A stretch of DNA of 64,000 bases from Octopus vulgaris (GCA_951406725.2 OX597822.1:105524001-105588000), one strand, 5' to 3'; counted from the stretch's first letter, positions 42,058 to 56,361 are shown. Numbers and translations are program-made. The notes: a model not told the origin generated them from the letters alone.

Positions 42058-42455
42058 CTAGCAGTATCGCCCGGCGTTGCTCGAGTTTTTAAGGGAAATA
42101 ACTATATAAGCATTTTTAGAGAGTTATAGCCAAAAAATAGCAAAAAAATGCATTAAAAATGGAAAAAAAATGATGGTAAATTTTTTTTTAAATCGTTAAC
42201 TCATCATAGACATTTTTAGAGAGTTACTTCCCTTATATAATAGCGAAAAAAATGCATTAAAATGGAAAAAAATGATGGTAATTTTTTTTTAAATCGTAGA
42301 CTCATCGTAGATGCGCGCTAATACCCAGAAGGGCTCGATATGAATCACGACTATAAGATACCCGGTTTGGGTTAAACTGCACAGCAAAATGTGGGAGTAG
42401 TTAGGAATCTAAATCGTAGGAGACAGACACACAACTTCACTTTTATACATAAAGA
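42058..42455 (-). mobile_element. Non-autonomous Helitron
   Basis: Minus: a|TCTTTATGTATAAAAG ... CTCGAGCAACGCCGGGCGATACTGCTAG|t; 5' TC, subterminal hairpin, 3' CTAG, AT target; internal tandem repeat. Confidence 0.88.
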
Positions 42456-43115
42456 TGACAAATAATTTTTGTTTTGAAAACTAGTATTTAATTGACTTTC
42501 TATAAACGCCAAGAAATTTGATAAAAGTTGAATTTTATTTATTGTATATAAGCCATATGCCGTGGGAATGTATACTTCTAAAGTTACCCACCGTTTGACT
42601 GGTAAACCTCTAGTCTATAGATAATGCTCGCAAACATGAAGTTTTCCTCAAGCTTTTTAATATTTACTGATGTTGAAAATCTATGTGCTTAACCGAATGG
42701 GGTTCACACACGTACGCACACATACACACATACACAAAACCCCTCCCCACACGCACACATGCGCACACACACATACGCGCGCGCACAATGTACGTCTGAG
42801 TGAATGTGTGCGCTTATATTATATTATAATATATAATAAAAAATTCATGCAGCGTATTTTCTTCTATATATATATGTCTTTACTTCTCACCTGTTTGACA
42901 TCTTATGTGTTTAAACATTTACCTGAAGCTGTAATTACCTGAAGATGTAATTTCCGAATACGTCAAAAGAATTCTACCCACACGGCTGTCATAAATCTTA
43001 ACCGCATTTCTTTTATTTTTCTCTCTATCAGACTCTCTGTCTTTGCTTTCTCTCCCTCTCTCTCCCACTATTTCGCTCTCTTTTTTCTTTCTCTCGCATT
43101 CTCTTTTATTATATA

Positions 43116-43170
<55 letters not shown>

Positions 43171-43270
43171 GTATATATATATATACATATACATATATAT
43201 ATATATATTAATATATATATGTATATATATATCTATATTCCTATGCATATGGACATGTATATATGTGTGT

Positions 43271-43329
<59 letters not shown>

Positions 43330-44383
43330 TATATACATATGTATATATATATAAATCAGATCTAAGGGTCGAGTTGTAGGGAGAAAGTTAGCTTCAAGCA
43401 ATCCATAATACATATGAAAAACAACTTTCAGGAACAACAGTGGTTTAATGAGACGGAAGGTTGTAGATCTTTTTGTATCGAAGTACGATAAGCTAAAAAA
43501 ATTCTTTTGATGCTTCTCAGGCAACCAGGTTTGCCACGTATACAAGAGATAAGGGATGGGGTAGATAAGACCTGAGCTAGATATGCTTCATAGCGAGCGG
43601 AGCTCGGAAATGGTAAATAAGTACCTTATCTACTTCTTGTTCGATTTGCGGACTCGGTGAGTGATCTTCTTTGTGATCACGCACCTTGCTGAAAATAGCA
43701 ACCAAATCACACGCAAGCACATCTCTAGTGTCTTTAAAAAATAGAAAGCATATATTTACTAGTAAAACACAAGGTATATTCTGCCGGTAAAAATGGCCAT
43801 CTTGTCATGGCTGAAATTCATTTTCTGAACGGCTGAGTGGCCGAGGTCTGAACAACAACATCGTCATCATCAACAACAACTGCAGCAAGCATAACAGCAG
43901 CAGCAGCAGCTATATATGTTCACTTTTTCGTCTACGTGTATTTCTATAGCTTGTACGAGCATCAAACATTTAGACATGAAAAAATATATATATTATTATA
44001 CTCATCATTTGGTTGAAGGTTCTCCTTCCCAATAACGCTACGTTTTATTTGATTCCCTAAGAGAGCACCAGCATAGAAAGAAAGCATAGCTAAACCACTA
44101 AACCAACACCAAAACAAAAATGGTAACAAAATCGTTAGAGATTCTTCAAACAGATATATCTGATATAGATTCTTTTCATCTTCCAAATCATATAATTTTT
44201 ATGTTTAAAAACTTTTTGCGAAGTTAAATTGCAAATGTATACTGATGTCCTGTCATAACAACATTTCGAGCAAGTGAATATTATGCGTTGATAACAGGTT
44301 GTGATTGGTGTTGTTAATTGCTGAATTTTCCTCATAAACTATTCTACAAATAATTAAATAAATATGGTCCTGCAGCTGCAGTA

Positions 44384-44767
44384 AGTGGATGCACAATGGC
44401 CCAGTGGTTAGGGCAGTGGACTCGCGGTCGGGGGATCACGGTTTCGATTCCCAGACCGGGCGTTGTGTGTGTTTATTGAGTGAAAACACCTAAAGCTCCA
44501 CGAGGCTCCGGCAGGGGGTGGTTTCGACCGCTGTTGTACTCTTTCGCCCCAACTTTCTCTCACTCTTTCTTCCTGTTTCTTGTCCCCGACTTCCTACGCA
44601 ACCGCTGAGCCTGGATGCGCATTCATCCATCCGTCGATGCTCTCGGTGTCGGGGGTTGACCTGCTTTCTCTTCTGCGGGTCTTACGAATAGCAAAGGACC
44701 ACGTTTCGGACTTCTCCCACTGCGAGCTCTGGGACGAAGACCGCTTCGCTCAACAGTAACAGCAACA
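44384..44767 (+). mobile_element. tRNA-derived SINE with the OR1/OR2-like head but a different 3' half; 12-bp TSD
   Basis: First ~195 nt match 60371 onward; tail (CAACAG)-like; TSD GCAGCTGCAGTA at 44372-83 and 44768-79. Confidence 0.9.
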
Positions 44768-45183
44768 GCAGCTGCAGTATGCTGGCACGTCATCAGATGA
44801 GTAACTTTGCTAGCACTATTACAACCACTCACTCGATGTTGTGCCGGTACACAGCTACAGCTGGTTCATGTATAATTATGCAGTTATTTGTAAAATAGTT
44901 TATGTAATAATGTAATATTGAAAACTCAGCAACAAACTGCTGTTGCTATTGCAGAGAAACTATTGTTATTTTTTGGAATTAAAGTTTGTTCATAACTAAA
45001 CCATTAAACCGACAGTGAAAAGAGGAAACAAAATTGGTATGGATTCTTCAAAGAGATATTTCTGATATAGATTATTTTCATCTTTCAAATCATAATTTTT
45101 TCTTATGTTTAAAAACTTCTGTGAAGTTAACTTGAGAGAGTATACTGATATCCTTTAATAATAATATTTCACGATAGTGGATA

Positions 45184-45305
45184 TCAAACGTTGGTAACAG
45201 GTAGCGAGAGGGAAATCACGTGATCATCCACTGGCGATGTTGCAACTGAATCGGTTAAAACCATGGAATCTCCGGTATTATCACCTTCTAATATTGAAAT
45301 TGCAT
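45184..45305 (-). CDS. Candidate terminal coding exon, unknown product
   Basis: Acceptor ttgtctttaag|; open phase-1 frame AISILEGDNTGDSMVLTDSVATSPVDDHVISLSLPVTNV*; no homology recognised. Confidence 0.2.
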
Positions 45306-45566
45306 CTTAAAGACAATTATTATTTAATGGGCTTCCTTTCAGTTTCTGTATTTCTAATCCGTTTACACGTCTTTGGATGACAGATGATAGGTACCCAAGG
45401 TTCCATGTATGTAGGTTTCGAATTAAAATTTCATACCACCCAGTGACGCCTTCGCCTATAGACATATATGTAGAAATATGCATAAAATTAAAGAAAATGT
45501 CCACGTAGTGAAATATAAGGGCGTTTAATATTTTAGCTTAGAAACCTCAGTGCCTTTCCTTAATTT

Positions 45567-45647
<81 letters not shown>

Positions 45648-46375
45648 TACATCCAATGTATACATACATACACACACACACACACACGCGCGCGCGCACA
45701 CACACGCGCGCGCACACACACACACGCACACACATTCACACACACATATGTTTAAAGAGAGAGAGAGAGATCCAAAGTTAGGCAATGGAGTAGATGAAAC
45801 CCAGGCTACATGTGTAGAAGAAGTGGTGGAAAAGCGCCATAAGAGAGTAACTTCAACCTTCACACAGGATTCCGAAGGCCTCTGTGGAGGTCATAACGTT
45901 GCCCGTGACGTATAGGCTGTAGGGTTTCAATGAGGATTATCACTTCTGGCCGGGCGACACCGGCTCGTATCCCGCCTTGGTTCTGAATGAAGCGTGGGTG
46001 ATCGCGGAGTGTACGGGCACAAGCGATGTTGGGGAGGAATAGTGACAAGAGGTTGAAAAGCCTCAGTGTTATAATGTTTATTGCATGTTATTGTGTTTAA
46101 GCGGGTTAACGCCCCAATTCTTAAATGGACTATTCGTCCCAAAATTGTAAGACTGAAGTAAGAGTTTCATTACTTCGTTTTGTCTTTTTCTGTGAAAAAA
46201 CGAAAAGAATAATGCTGTAGAGAAGAAAAAAATCGGCGGGCATTTTTTTTTTTTTGTTTTTTGTCTTCTCCCATTAATATCATCTTTCTCATCATTCACC
46301 TCATCAATGTCTTTGTCCATCTCGCAAGCTACTCTGTATCGTGCCTTTATGGCAACATTTTTGAAATAAATTAGC

Positions 46376-46504
46376 CTACTTACAACCACATGGTTCCGTG
46401 TTCATTCCCATTGTGCGGCAACTTGGGTATCTTCTACTATAGCTTTGGCCAAGGCAAATCCTTGTGAATGGATTTGGTAGACGGAAACTGAAAGAAGCCC
46501 GTCG

Positions 46505-46591
<87 letters not shown>

Positions 46592-46812
46592 TTTGTGCGT
46601 GTGTGTATGTTTGTCTCTCCACATAGCTTGGCAACGGATGCTGGGTGTGTTTACCTCCCCGTAACTTAGCTGTTCGGAAAAGGTTGCCGATAAAGTAAGT
46701 ACTAGACTTACAAAGAACAAGTCCTGGGGTCGATTTGCTCGACTAAAGGCGGTACTCCAGCATGGCCGCAGTCAGATGACTGAAACGAATAAAAGAGCAA
46801 AAGAGTAAAAGA
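46376..46812 (+). mobile_element. CORE-SINE group B
   Basis: GGATTTGGTAGACGGAAACTGAAAGAAGCCCGTCG-(TA)n(TG)n-...CCAGCATGGCCGCAGTCAGATGACTGAAAC-(AAAAGAGY)n. Confidence 0.92.
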
Positions 46813-48730
46813 CTATGAAAGATGAAACAAACTCGGTGAGAATCGATTTGATTATATCTTGACTCAAAGACATGTCACCCTGGGCTAAACAACTTCAACA
46901 ATAAAAACAGCAACAACAGCAACAACAACAACAACTATACATTGAATTATTTTTGCAGTGCTTGATGCCAAATTTATTTCAATAAATATTCTTTCTTTTT
47001 CTCATTGAAATTAACTTTCAATAAATTTCGCATACCTCTCATGTTTGATGACGACGGTTCGATTTCAACCCTGTGTTTGTAGAGGAAATCTATGAATACC
47101 AACTTTATAAGGTAAAATATAGTCGACTTTCTGCAGAAAATTAAAAACGGAAATACAGTCGGTGAGAAATTATTGAAAAATATTTCAAGGAAAACATCAA
47201 TTATATGAAGTATGAAGTGCCGAGTGAAAAAAAATCAAAGAAATTTGTAATTTCAATGACTATATTTCTGTGTTGCAACGAAATAATTGTTTGGTGTTTT
47301 GAAACCTAAAAATTACATGCTAATTCACATTTGATGCCCATAAACATGTCTCAGAATCACTATCAAACGTGATTGGTGAATAAGAAGATTTAATAGGAAT
47401 TCAAGAGACGCCTTTCGCTTTGGCAATTGGTATTATGTTATAATGAAAATATTATGTCCATCACGTGATAATATTGCAAGTTAATTCAGTTTATACCAAC
47501 ATTGCTATGAATGAGATGGAATTTATTATTTTGAAATGTTGCTATGATTTCCATACATTTCAATTCAAAGAGGAATCTTCAGCCTTGTACACCATTCAGA
47601 AGTTGATTTCTTTATTTAGCAATTTGCATACATATATGTGACTTTAACATTTAAATTTTGTAATAAACAGGGGGAAAAAGGCAAGTTAGGGCGTCAACAG
47701 TCTTTCTATTGATTAACATTTTTAGTTTAATTTTAATATTTATCTTTAATTTTCTTTTTAGATAAAATTATAAGAATTGTAGCAAATTAAATATTTGTCT
47801 CTTAGTTGTTTATTTATAGAAACAAATTCATAACAAAAAATAAATTTCACGAACAACAAAACGATGCGATAAAATTTTAATTGACAAACATAACATTTCA
47901 TATAATCTGGCTGCACACATTTTTAATAAAAGAACTTTATTTATATACACAATAATCACGAATAAATTTATCAATAAATCAAATAGAAAAAAAAATCAAC
48001 ACCGACGTATACAAAGCTAATAATAATCCATTATCACAGTATAAATATTATACAGTACACGATAATCATTCATCAAGAAAAACTATCGTCTGCTTTCAGA
48101 GCAGTCATTTTATAGTTTTATATTCACCGTAACGAACATATAACTTGATAAAATAGATATATATTTTATAATTTTTAGCAATCGTAACTAGACCATATAT
48201 AAGTACATTTCATTGGACTTTTATTTTGCATTCGAGAAATAAATTTATTGCATGCTCCTAGGAAATAGATTTTATTTACGTCTATCCTAGCAGCAATGTA
48301 TTGTGTTCAGAATTTATAGTGGATATCTACCGTATTATAATTAAATACTTCGCGATAAGAATTTTACACATTGTATAAAATAACTGCAGTTTATTCAAGA
48401 AGAATGAATGTGTTTATATTCTGACAGAATTACTTTATTCTATTATATCGTAGAATTGAATATACAATACATTGAAATTAGCTACAATATGTGACACATT
48501 TTAGTACCTCTCCGTTAACGAAATTCAAATTTGTCACGGATCACGTTATGTCAACACATTCAAGCGATTTATTCATGAGCCACAGTAAAAGTGTTTGATA
48601 ACTGGCTACCCTTTTCATCTGTACACGGCTAACTTTGGTTATCGATTGACTTTGCGGTATATATTACTGTTACGTATATTAACCATGTAGCCTCAGGTCC
48701 GCCCTGATTGACGGGCAAGTAGTTGACCTC

Positions 48731-49152
48731 TGTCTACGTCGCATCCTTCCTGTCCGATGGCATCACTTTGTCTCCAACAATTCGGTGTGACACCAGTGCA
48801 GAATCACCTCCCTCCGACAAGTCATCCTGACGAGTCGTCTGCGTTGGCTGGGTCATGCCCTCCGTCGTCAACCAGAATTCATCTACGAAGCAATTACTCC
48901 AGCTCCCCTTTAGGGTTGGCGAAAGCGATGTAGTGGACAACGAAAAACCTGGCTGATGACTGCCAAGGCTGATCTGGAACCCAATCTAGGCCCTCATATC
49001 TACGGCGTTCGTCATTGGAATAAGGAGTGGTTGGAGATAACGCGGTCGTTAACCTCAAATCGCCAGGCCTGGTCGGCATTTGTGAGAGATGCAGCATTGA
49101 GGATGAATGAAGCCAGCTCAACCCACCCCGGGTGAATGCTGTCAAGTCAAGT
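48731..49152 (+). mobile_element. RTE-clade LINE 3' end with (TCAAG)n tail
   Basis: CLRRILPVRWHHFVSN...RLRWLGHALRRQPE...GWRKRCSGQRKTW...NRQAWSAFVRDA; ends GTCAAGTCAAGT. Confidence 0.9.
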
Positions 49153-49410
49153 AGTCGGCCGAACCACTAGATGACCAGTTAGCGCATGGCTTCATCGACC
49201 ACAGTGCTTCCAAATGAGGGCAGTACCGCTTTCTTGGGAGGGTGGTGACAGATTGTATATGTTGATTAGTGAGGAGTAACAGACACATCTGATCAGCTTT
49301 TAGTTTTTAGATTTATAACTCATATTTAAACATTAACCGTAAAAAAAATATAAACCTACTATTAACATAAACAGCCTACCAGTTTCAGTTACAACATATT
49401 CTTATATTGT

Positions 49411-49792
49411 GGGATGTTGTCACTCGCTTTAAAATAGTACCTCTAAATCCCTCTGGCCTCATGTTATGCAAATGTACATTAAAAATGAGTGGATATGTTC
49501 AAACATAACAGGGAGTCATTATGGTGGATAATAAAAGAGAAATAGTTAGAACTGTCTGAGAAATACTGGTCTGAATGAGAATCACAGAACACGGACTGGG
49601 GATGTTGTCACTCACTTCGAACTAGTACCTGTAAATTTCTCTGGCCTCATGCTACGCAAATGTACATTAAAAATGAGTGGATATGTTCAAACCTGACAGA
49701 GAGGCGTTATGGTGGATAATAAAAGAGAACTGTTGATAGTTAGAAATGTCTGAGAAATACTGGTCTGAATGAGAATCACAGAACACAGACTG
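49411..49792. repeat. Diverged tandem duplication, ~190-bp unit x2
   Basis: Units start GGGATGTTGTCACTC at ~49411 and ~49599 and end GAGAATCACAGAACAC. Confidence 0.92.
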
Positions 49793-49994
49793 ACAAACAG
49801 TGATGAATTCTACAGAATTCATTGTGACAATCTTGACATATTGTACTCTGTTCATAGTCAGGCGTGTCTCTATAAAATCGTAAATTCAAGAGTTATCCAC
49901 GGTCGAAAAACTTAGATCTAAATATCTCTTGCTTCTCTGCACTTTTAGAGACACGCTTCCCAAAACAGTGTCTTGGGTTAGTGCAGGTGTGTAA

Positions 49995-50061
<67 letters not shown>

Positions 50062-51168
50062 CATATATATATGTATGTCATGTATGTATATATACTATTG
50101 TGTCTGGGGAGAACCATTTTCTTTTTGTGCCTTATTATGTAACACACTCACCGGTAAAATTTCCACGTTTTTCTTATTTTTATTGTCCTAAAATTTTCTT
50201 TGCGTCTTGCAATCATTTCAATAGATTTGACTCTCTATGTATATCTATATACACACATACACACACACACACACATATATATATACTACCAACGGCCTAC
50301 TTACCTGAACTACAAGATTGCCAGCGCCAGCTACTGCACTCCACTCTCACAAGCACCCTCATTCAAGTGACACGGAAAGAACACACGACGTTTGGCTTTT
50401 AAAGCTTTAAATTTCTCTCGGTTCATTGGGTCGGTGACTGACGGTTGTAAGATAATCTAAATAATATTGGTAAAGTTCAACTTTATAGCGTTTTCAATAG
50501 TTTTTGTTTCTTAGCTCATCATTATAGTCTTTTTAATGGCGTTTGTTGCTGATTTCAGAATTATATTCATTTCAAACGTTTTTGTTGCATTTCATTCAAT
50601 TTATAAGTAAACGAAGGTACCGTCTTTTCACTAAAACATAAATTCAATCACAATTACCATTTATTACCTTTAGTGTTTTTTTTCTTTTTTGTTATCGACT
50701 TCGTTAATGTATAAAATGTGTAGGAGAAACTCTACGTCTCTCCTATAGTCTCCATAAAATGCAAAGAAGAATGTCAAGTCGCAATATTCCAGCCATATTG
50801 CTGAAACGGCGAGAAATAACTTCATTAATTATCAGGAAAAAATCACCAAGGGATATTTTTGTTTCCAAATCTACTACCAGACATGTCGCTAGAATTATTA
50901 AAAGTATAGTACGTTTGACCATAATTCGACGAATTACACGTAGAGCATAGTATTTGAATATCGATAAAGGATTAAAGCTTATATGGGTGCGTGAATGTTT
51001 GTGTGTGTATGTGTGTGTGTGTTCATATATATATACATACGTACACACATATATATATATATATATATATGTGTATATATATATATAATATATGTCCAGT
51101 AACACTATACTTGCTCCACGTCCTCGCGTTGTGGTGTTTTCAATTTCGGTTTTCATGTTTGGATTAAC

Positions 51169-51320
<152 letters not shown>

Positions 51321-51406
51321 CACACATACATTTTTATATACATATATATATATTTATATATACATACATATATATATATATACATACATACATATATATA
51401 TATATA

Positions 51407-51785
51407 TCTCTATATATAAACGGCAGTTTGTCTGTGCGTGTTTCTGTGTGTCTGTTTGCTTGTACCCTCACCCTGACCACGGCTTTCAACCGATTCTGAT
51501 GAAACTTGACACACACATAGCCCAATGTCATAATTCAAAACTAACGTAGCGAAAATTTTGAAAAGTTCCCCCAGTTCTGAAAAAAATCGATAAATTCGAC
51601 ATGGGGTCGAGAATCAGAAACACAAACCGCAAACTGTCTAGGGGACGCAACTCCACCTTTTTTAACTAAAAAAAAATTTACCATCATTTTTTTCCATTTT
51701 GTTGCTATTTTTTGGCTATAACTCTCTAAAAATGCTTTATAGTTATTTCCCTTACAAACCTGAGCAACGCCGGGCGATACTGCTA

Positions 51786-51786
<1 letters not shown>
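51407..51786 (+). mobile_element. Non-autonomous Helitron inserted in (TA)n
   Basis: a|TCTCTATATATAAACGG ... CCTGAGCAACGCCGGGCGATACTGCTAG|t; 3' ~130 bp shared with 42058-42455. Confidence 0.9.
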
Positions 51787-51840
<54 letters not shown>

Positions 51841-51921
51841 TGAGTGTACAAACGAAAGAAAGGGTACTCAACATATTCATTAGTAGTCACATGCTGTATT
51901 CAAAACAGTTTGATTCGCACT

Positions 51922-51975
51922 CTATGCTACCTCAAGTTTCGAAGGCCCCAAAGGATCCTTTCTCATCAGGCTGGT
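51922..51975 (-). ncRNA. Type I hammerhead ribozyme candidate with intact core, in a ~175-bp microsatellite-embedded element (51838-52012)
   Basis: gc CTGATGA gaaagg-atcc-ttt-gggg-ccttc GAAAC ttgag GTA gc; stem I only 2 bp but enclosed by 13-bp ACAGTTTGATCCG/CGAATCAAACTGT. Confidence 0.6.
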
Positions 51976-52382
51976 AATAATCCGAATTATTGTCAGATTC
52001 GGATCAAACTGTGTGTGCGCGTGTGTATATATGTGTATGTGTGTCTGTGTGTGTCTGTATGTGTGATCTGAAGCTACTAAGCTGAAGTGAAGACAGCATT
52101 TTCTTTGTCTATCTCCTTACCTTCTTTGAGGTTTTAGGTAAAATTATACTAATGTGTCCATCTGTTTTTATTGCTCTGCATTTAAATTGATGTAATGGTT
52201 GCATTGTTCAATTGAATAGAATCGCTTGAAACTATCGTACTGCATTATCTCTGGATATCCTGTTGCTTATTTTGATTTTAATCACCTTACTTTGAAATTG
52301 TATGGAAAATACCCTACTAAATTCTGGAGCCTGAACTTAAGCACCTAATTCATCTGAATCTAAATTTTTGCCTATATATATA

Positions 52383-52454
<72 letters not shown>

Positions 52455-52480
52455 AAAATAGAATATTATCTAATCTCAAT

Positions 52481-52540
<60 letters not shown>

Positions 52541-53974
52541 CAAAGTTGACCCTGACGGCATTTGAACACAGCACTTAAAATCGGTAGAAATATCAGTAAA
52601 CATATTGTCCGAAGCGGTAAAGATTCTCCCAGTTTGTGGTGATTGTGGTGCATTTACCTGATTACAAGATCATTACCAACAAAGAGACCTGCCTCAAACT
52701 ATAATAATATTTTTTGTCATAATTACATTCATAAGCTATGAAAATAGAAGAATAAGTATAATTACTTATCGCAACCATTTGTTCATGAATTATTCCAATT
52801 CTGTTTAGAATAAATGAAAATTGATGAAAATTAACACCAATAATAAAATACAAAATCTATGCCAGAAGAAAGTATAATCACGAAGATATAGTGTATTGTA
52901 TGTACCAGTTGTGTATTTTCGGTGTTCATTGTAAGTTGAAATTTATGATGTCAATATAATTTCTACAAATATGTAAACCGTTGATTTGAGGATGTTTGAA
53001 TTGACAGAATGAAAAATGAAAAACAGTTAAAGTTTGAAATTTTACTGAAAAAAAAATGAAAAACCGAAAGTCATTTATACATCAAATATGGCAGTAATAT
53101 TGTTGTTATTACTACTGATGTTTCTGACAGTATATTAAATTTAATTTCATGTTGATAATTTACTTTATTCCATATATAATTTTCTTTCCATCGCGATTAG
53201 AGGATATCTTCAATTAAGTCATTATTCAAACTTAGACATGAAAAGCAATTATATATTTTTTTTCGACTAAATATGATTTCAACTATTAAATTTAATTATT
53301 TTGTAATTAGAGAGAAAAAAAAACGATGTTTTACTGCATTGCATATTTCCTTTGCAACATTAAAAAAATTATGTGAAAAGAACTAATTTGAAAGACGTTT
53401 TTAAGAAGCTAAATTTTATCAGAATGATAAAAACATTTTTAATTAAAAGCAGAATATTTACTGAAAAATTTGCTTTAGTAACAACATAAAGCAAGAATGG
53501 TAATAATGTTATATTTATTTGTCAGTTACTAAAGATTTAAATAATGTGAAGAATTCTTATGGTAATTGCAATTATATGAAGTTGTATTCACAGAAAGTTG
53601 GTAGAAAAAAGATAAAAATATATAAATTATTACATAAATTAATACTAATTCACTGCGTACGAAAAGTTACTACTTACATCTTTATAAAACTTCTGAATAA
53701 TTATTACATAAAAATGCAATATGAAAGCAAGGTGGATATGATAGGAAATTAGTTGTAATCTAAAGGTAATATTAATATTGTCGTTACCATATTTAGCTTT
53801 TGTGGACTTACTGCAGGCTGTCCTATCGCACATTGGAGACTTATTTATCTCGCGAGAGACTCGGTACTATTTTGGTCGTTTCGGAGATTTCCACGCTCAA
53901 GATGATCGTCAAAATGTTTGACCCATTCTGTGTCAAAATGTTTGACCCATTCCGAACACATCATAAATTATCAT

Positions 53975-54490
53975 TTCCCGTCCCGTGTTTATTATGATCC
54001 AACAATTCTCTCCTCCTAAATATTGCTTCTCGACATTTCCAACTTTCTTTTAAGTACACTTCTCCTCATCGTTCCTTTCTTCAGCGGGGAATAAAAGGGT
54101 TTTTTTTTGTGCATGGGATGGCCAGGCACTTGTATGACAAGTCTAGTCCATCTCTGCCAATGTCTTGTAAACATAGTTTCAATTGATTGAGTAATCTGAC
54201 ATTATACTGTTAGTTCTACGCATGGATTTGCTTGCTTTCATTCACAATCTCCGAACATATATTTCCAGCATATTGGATTCACCCTTATAACTACTGCAAA
54301 TACAAGAGCAGTAAAGGAGAAAGAGTACACCAACTTGCATTGGCGTCACGAGTTTATTTGCTTGACACTGGTCATGCTCTTTTGGTTCTAGCCTTTTCAG
54401 CCAGCAAATTGTTGCGTTGTCATATTTTATTCGCCATAGAAAATTTTCCTTGATACCGGTGATGGGTGACTACCCTGTTTTGGAAACGGC
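53975..54490 (-). mobile_element. Possible highly degenerate RTE-like LINE 3' fragment
   Basis: Fragmentary peptide resemblance only (RWTRLVIQVPG, REAIF...KHG). Confidence 0.3.
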
Positions 54491-54504
54491 ATTCATTTTA
54501 CATT

Positions 54505-54757
54505 AATAAAATAAATAAATGCGCCCTTTTATAAAGCCTAGCCTGGTTTCCCGGTTTCTATGGCGTATGTGTTCCCCAGCTGGACGGGACGCCAGTCCAT
54601 CGCAGCGTTATTCATTTTTGCCGGCTGAGTGGACTGGGGCCACGTGAAATAAATGTTTTGCTCAAGAACACAACGTGTCGCCCGGTCCAGGAATCGAAGC
54701 CACAATCTTATGATCATGATGCTGACACCGTAACCACCAAATCAGGCGCCTCCTCCA
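54505..54757 (-). mobile_element. tRNA-derived CORE-type SINE (group C) with V-domain-like motif
   Basis: Minus: GCTTCGATTCCTGGACCGGG, GTGTTCTTGAGCAAAACATTTATTTCAC, CTGCGATGGACTGGCGTCCCGTCCAG, (ATTT)n tail. Confidence 0.85.
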
Positions 54758-55051
54758 CATTTTACATTACTGCCCAAAAATTCGAATGGTCAGGCCATAT
54801 TTGTACTTCTGTGGGTAGCGGTAAAATTCTATCTGAATACGATTCAACCATATTCTTCTGAGTCGAATTATGAACAGAACATTCAGACACCATCCCCCAC
54901 CAGGAGCACCTAACCGGCACCTCAGATAAATTCTCTTGTTTCTCATGGCAGGAGAAAATTGAATGTACACACGCATACACACACACAGGCTCACACACAC
55001 ACACACACTCACACACACACACACACACAAACGAATACACACACACACACA

Positions 55052-55087
<36 letters not shown>

Positions 55088-55314
55088 AATACACACACAC
55101 AAACATACATACACACGTGCCTGTGTGAATATAATACATACATATATGTATGTATATGTATTTATATATATAGATATATATACACATATATACATATATA
55201 TACATATGTGTGTGAATTTGTTTGTGTGCGCGTATTTCTGTATATATATATATAAATATATATGTGTGTGTGTATATATGTATGTATGTATGTATGTATA
55301 TATATGTCTATATA

Positions 55315-55370
<56 letters not shown>

Positions 55371-55842
55371 CTCACATATATGTATATGTCCACGTATGTA
55401 TGCATATGTCCACGCGCGCGCACACACACACACATGTCTGAGACAACTATTTCTTCGCTTTTCATCTATATGTTCGCATCCTAGGTGTGAATATTATTAC
55501 TAGCATAACTATTTATAAGGAATTGATTTCAGATGGAAATTTCCACGGCGCTACTCGTGTACTTGACCGATGAACTTACCAAACATCAATACCTGGAATT
55601 TTATTCCATTCCAGTCAAAGAATTTTTTAGCTATACTACACTTCAATCGAATCGAAAACATCTTCAACACAACCAATATATCCAACACCCACGTATATAT
55701 GTACACCTATATACAAGTATGTACATAGATAGATGTAAACACACACACACACACACACACATACATACATGCATATATATATATATATATATAAATATAT
55801 ATATTTATATATGTATGTATGTATACATATATATATATATGC

Positions 55843-55967
<125 letters not shown>

Positions 55968-56361
55968 TATGTACGTGGCTATCACTAGCGGCTGAATACG
56001 GCTGAATATAATCTGAAATATTGTATCCCACTTTCTGTGTTTGGTTTATTTGCTTATGTTGCCACAAACAAAAAACCTGCGCAATAGCTTGACCCTTCAA
56101 CGCTTCAAACAGTAAGATACGTAGACTGCGAACGCCTGAGTTGTGAAGGATGCACGAGTATTTTATGAGATGTGCCAATCGCAAGTACACGACAGCTCTA
56201 TCGCTTCCATAGAAATCTTCGACTTTACGTCTGTATCAGCCATATCCAAACCAAAGGACAACGCGTCATCACTGCATACGGTGTAGGATAAAGTCTAGCG
56301 TCATATTTCAAAGGCTTTCAAAGAAAATCGAACATAGATAAGCACGCATGTACTTGTACAT

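Noticed and set aside
45378-45485. CAGATGATAGG...CCTA...GAAATATGCATA
   Set aside because: Core mutated and stem II register ambiguous.
45780-46370. GC-richer LINE-like stretch
   Set aside because: No diagnostic motif to assign a family.
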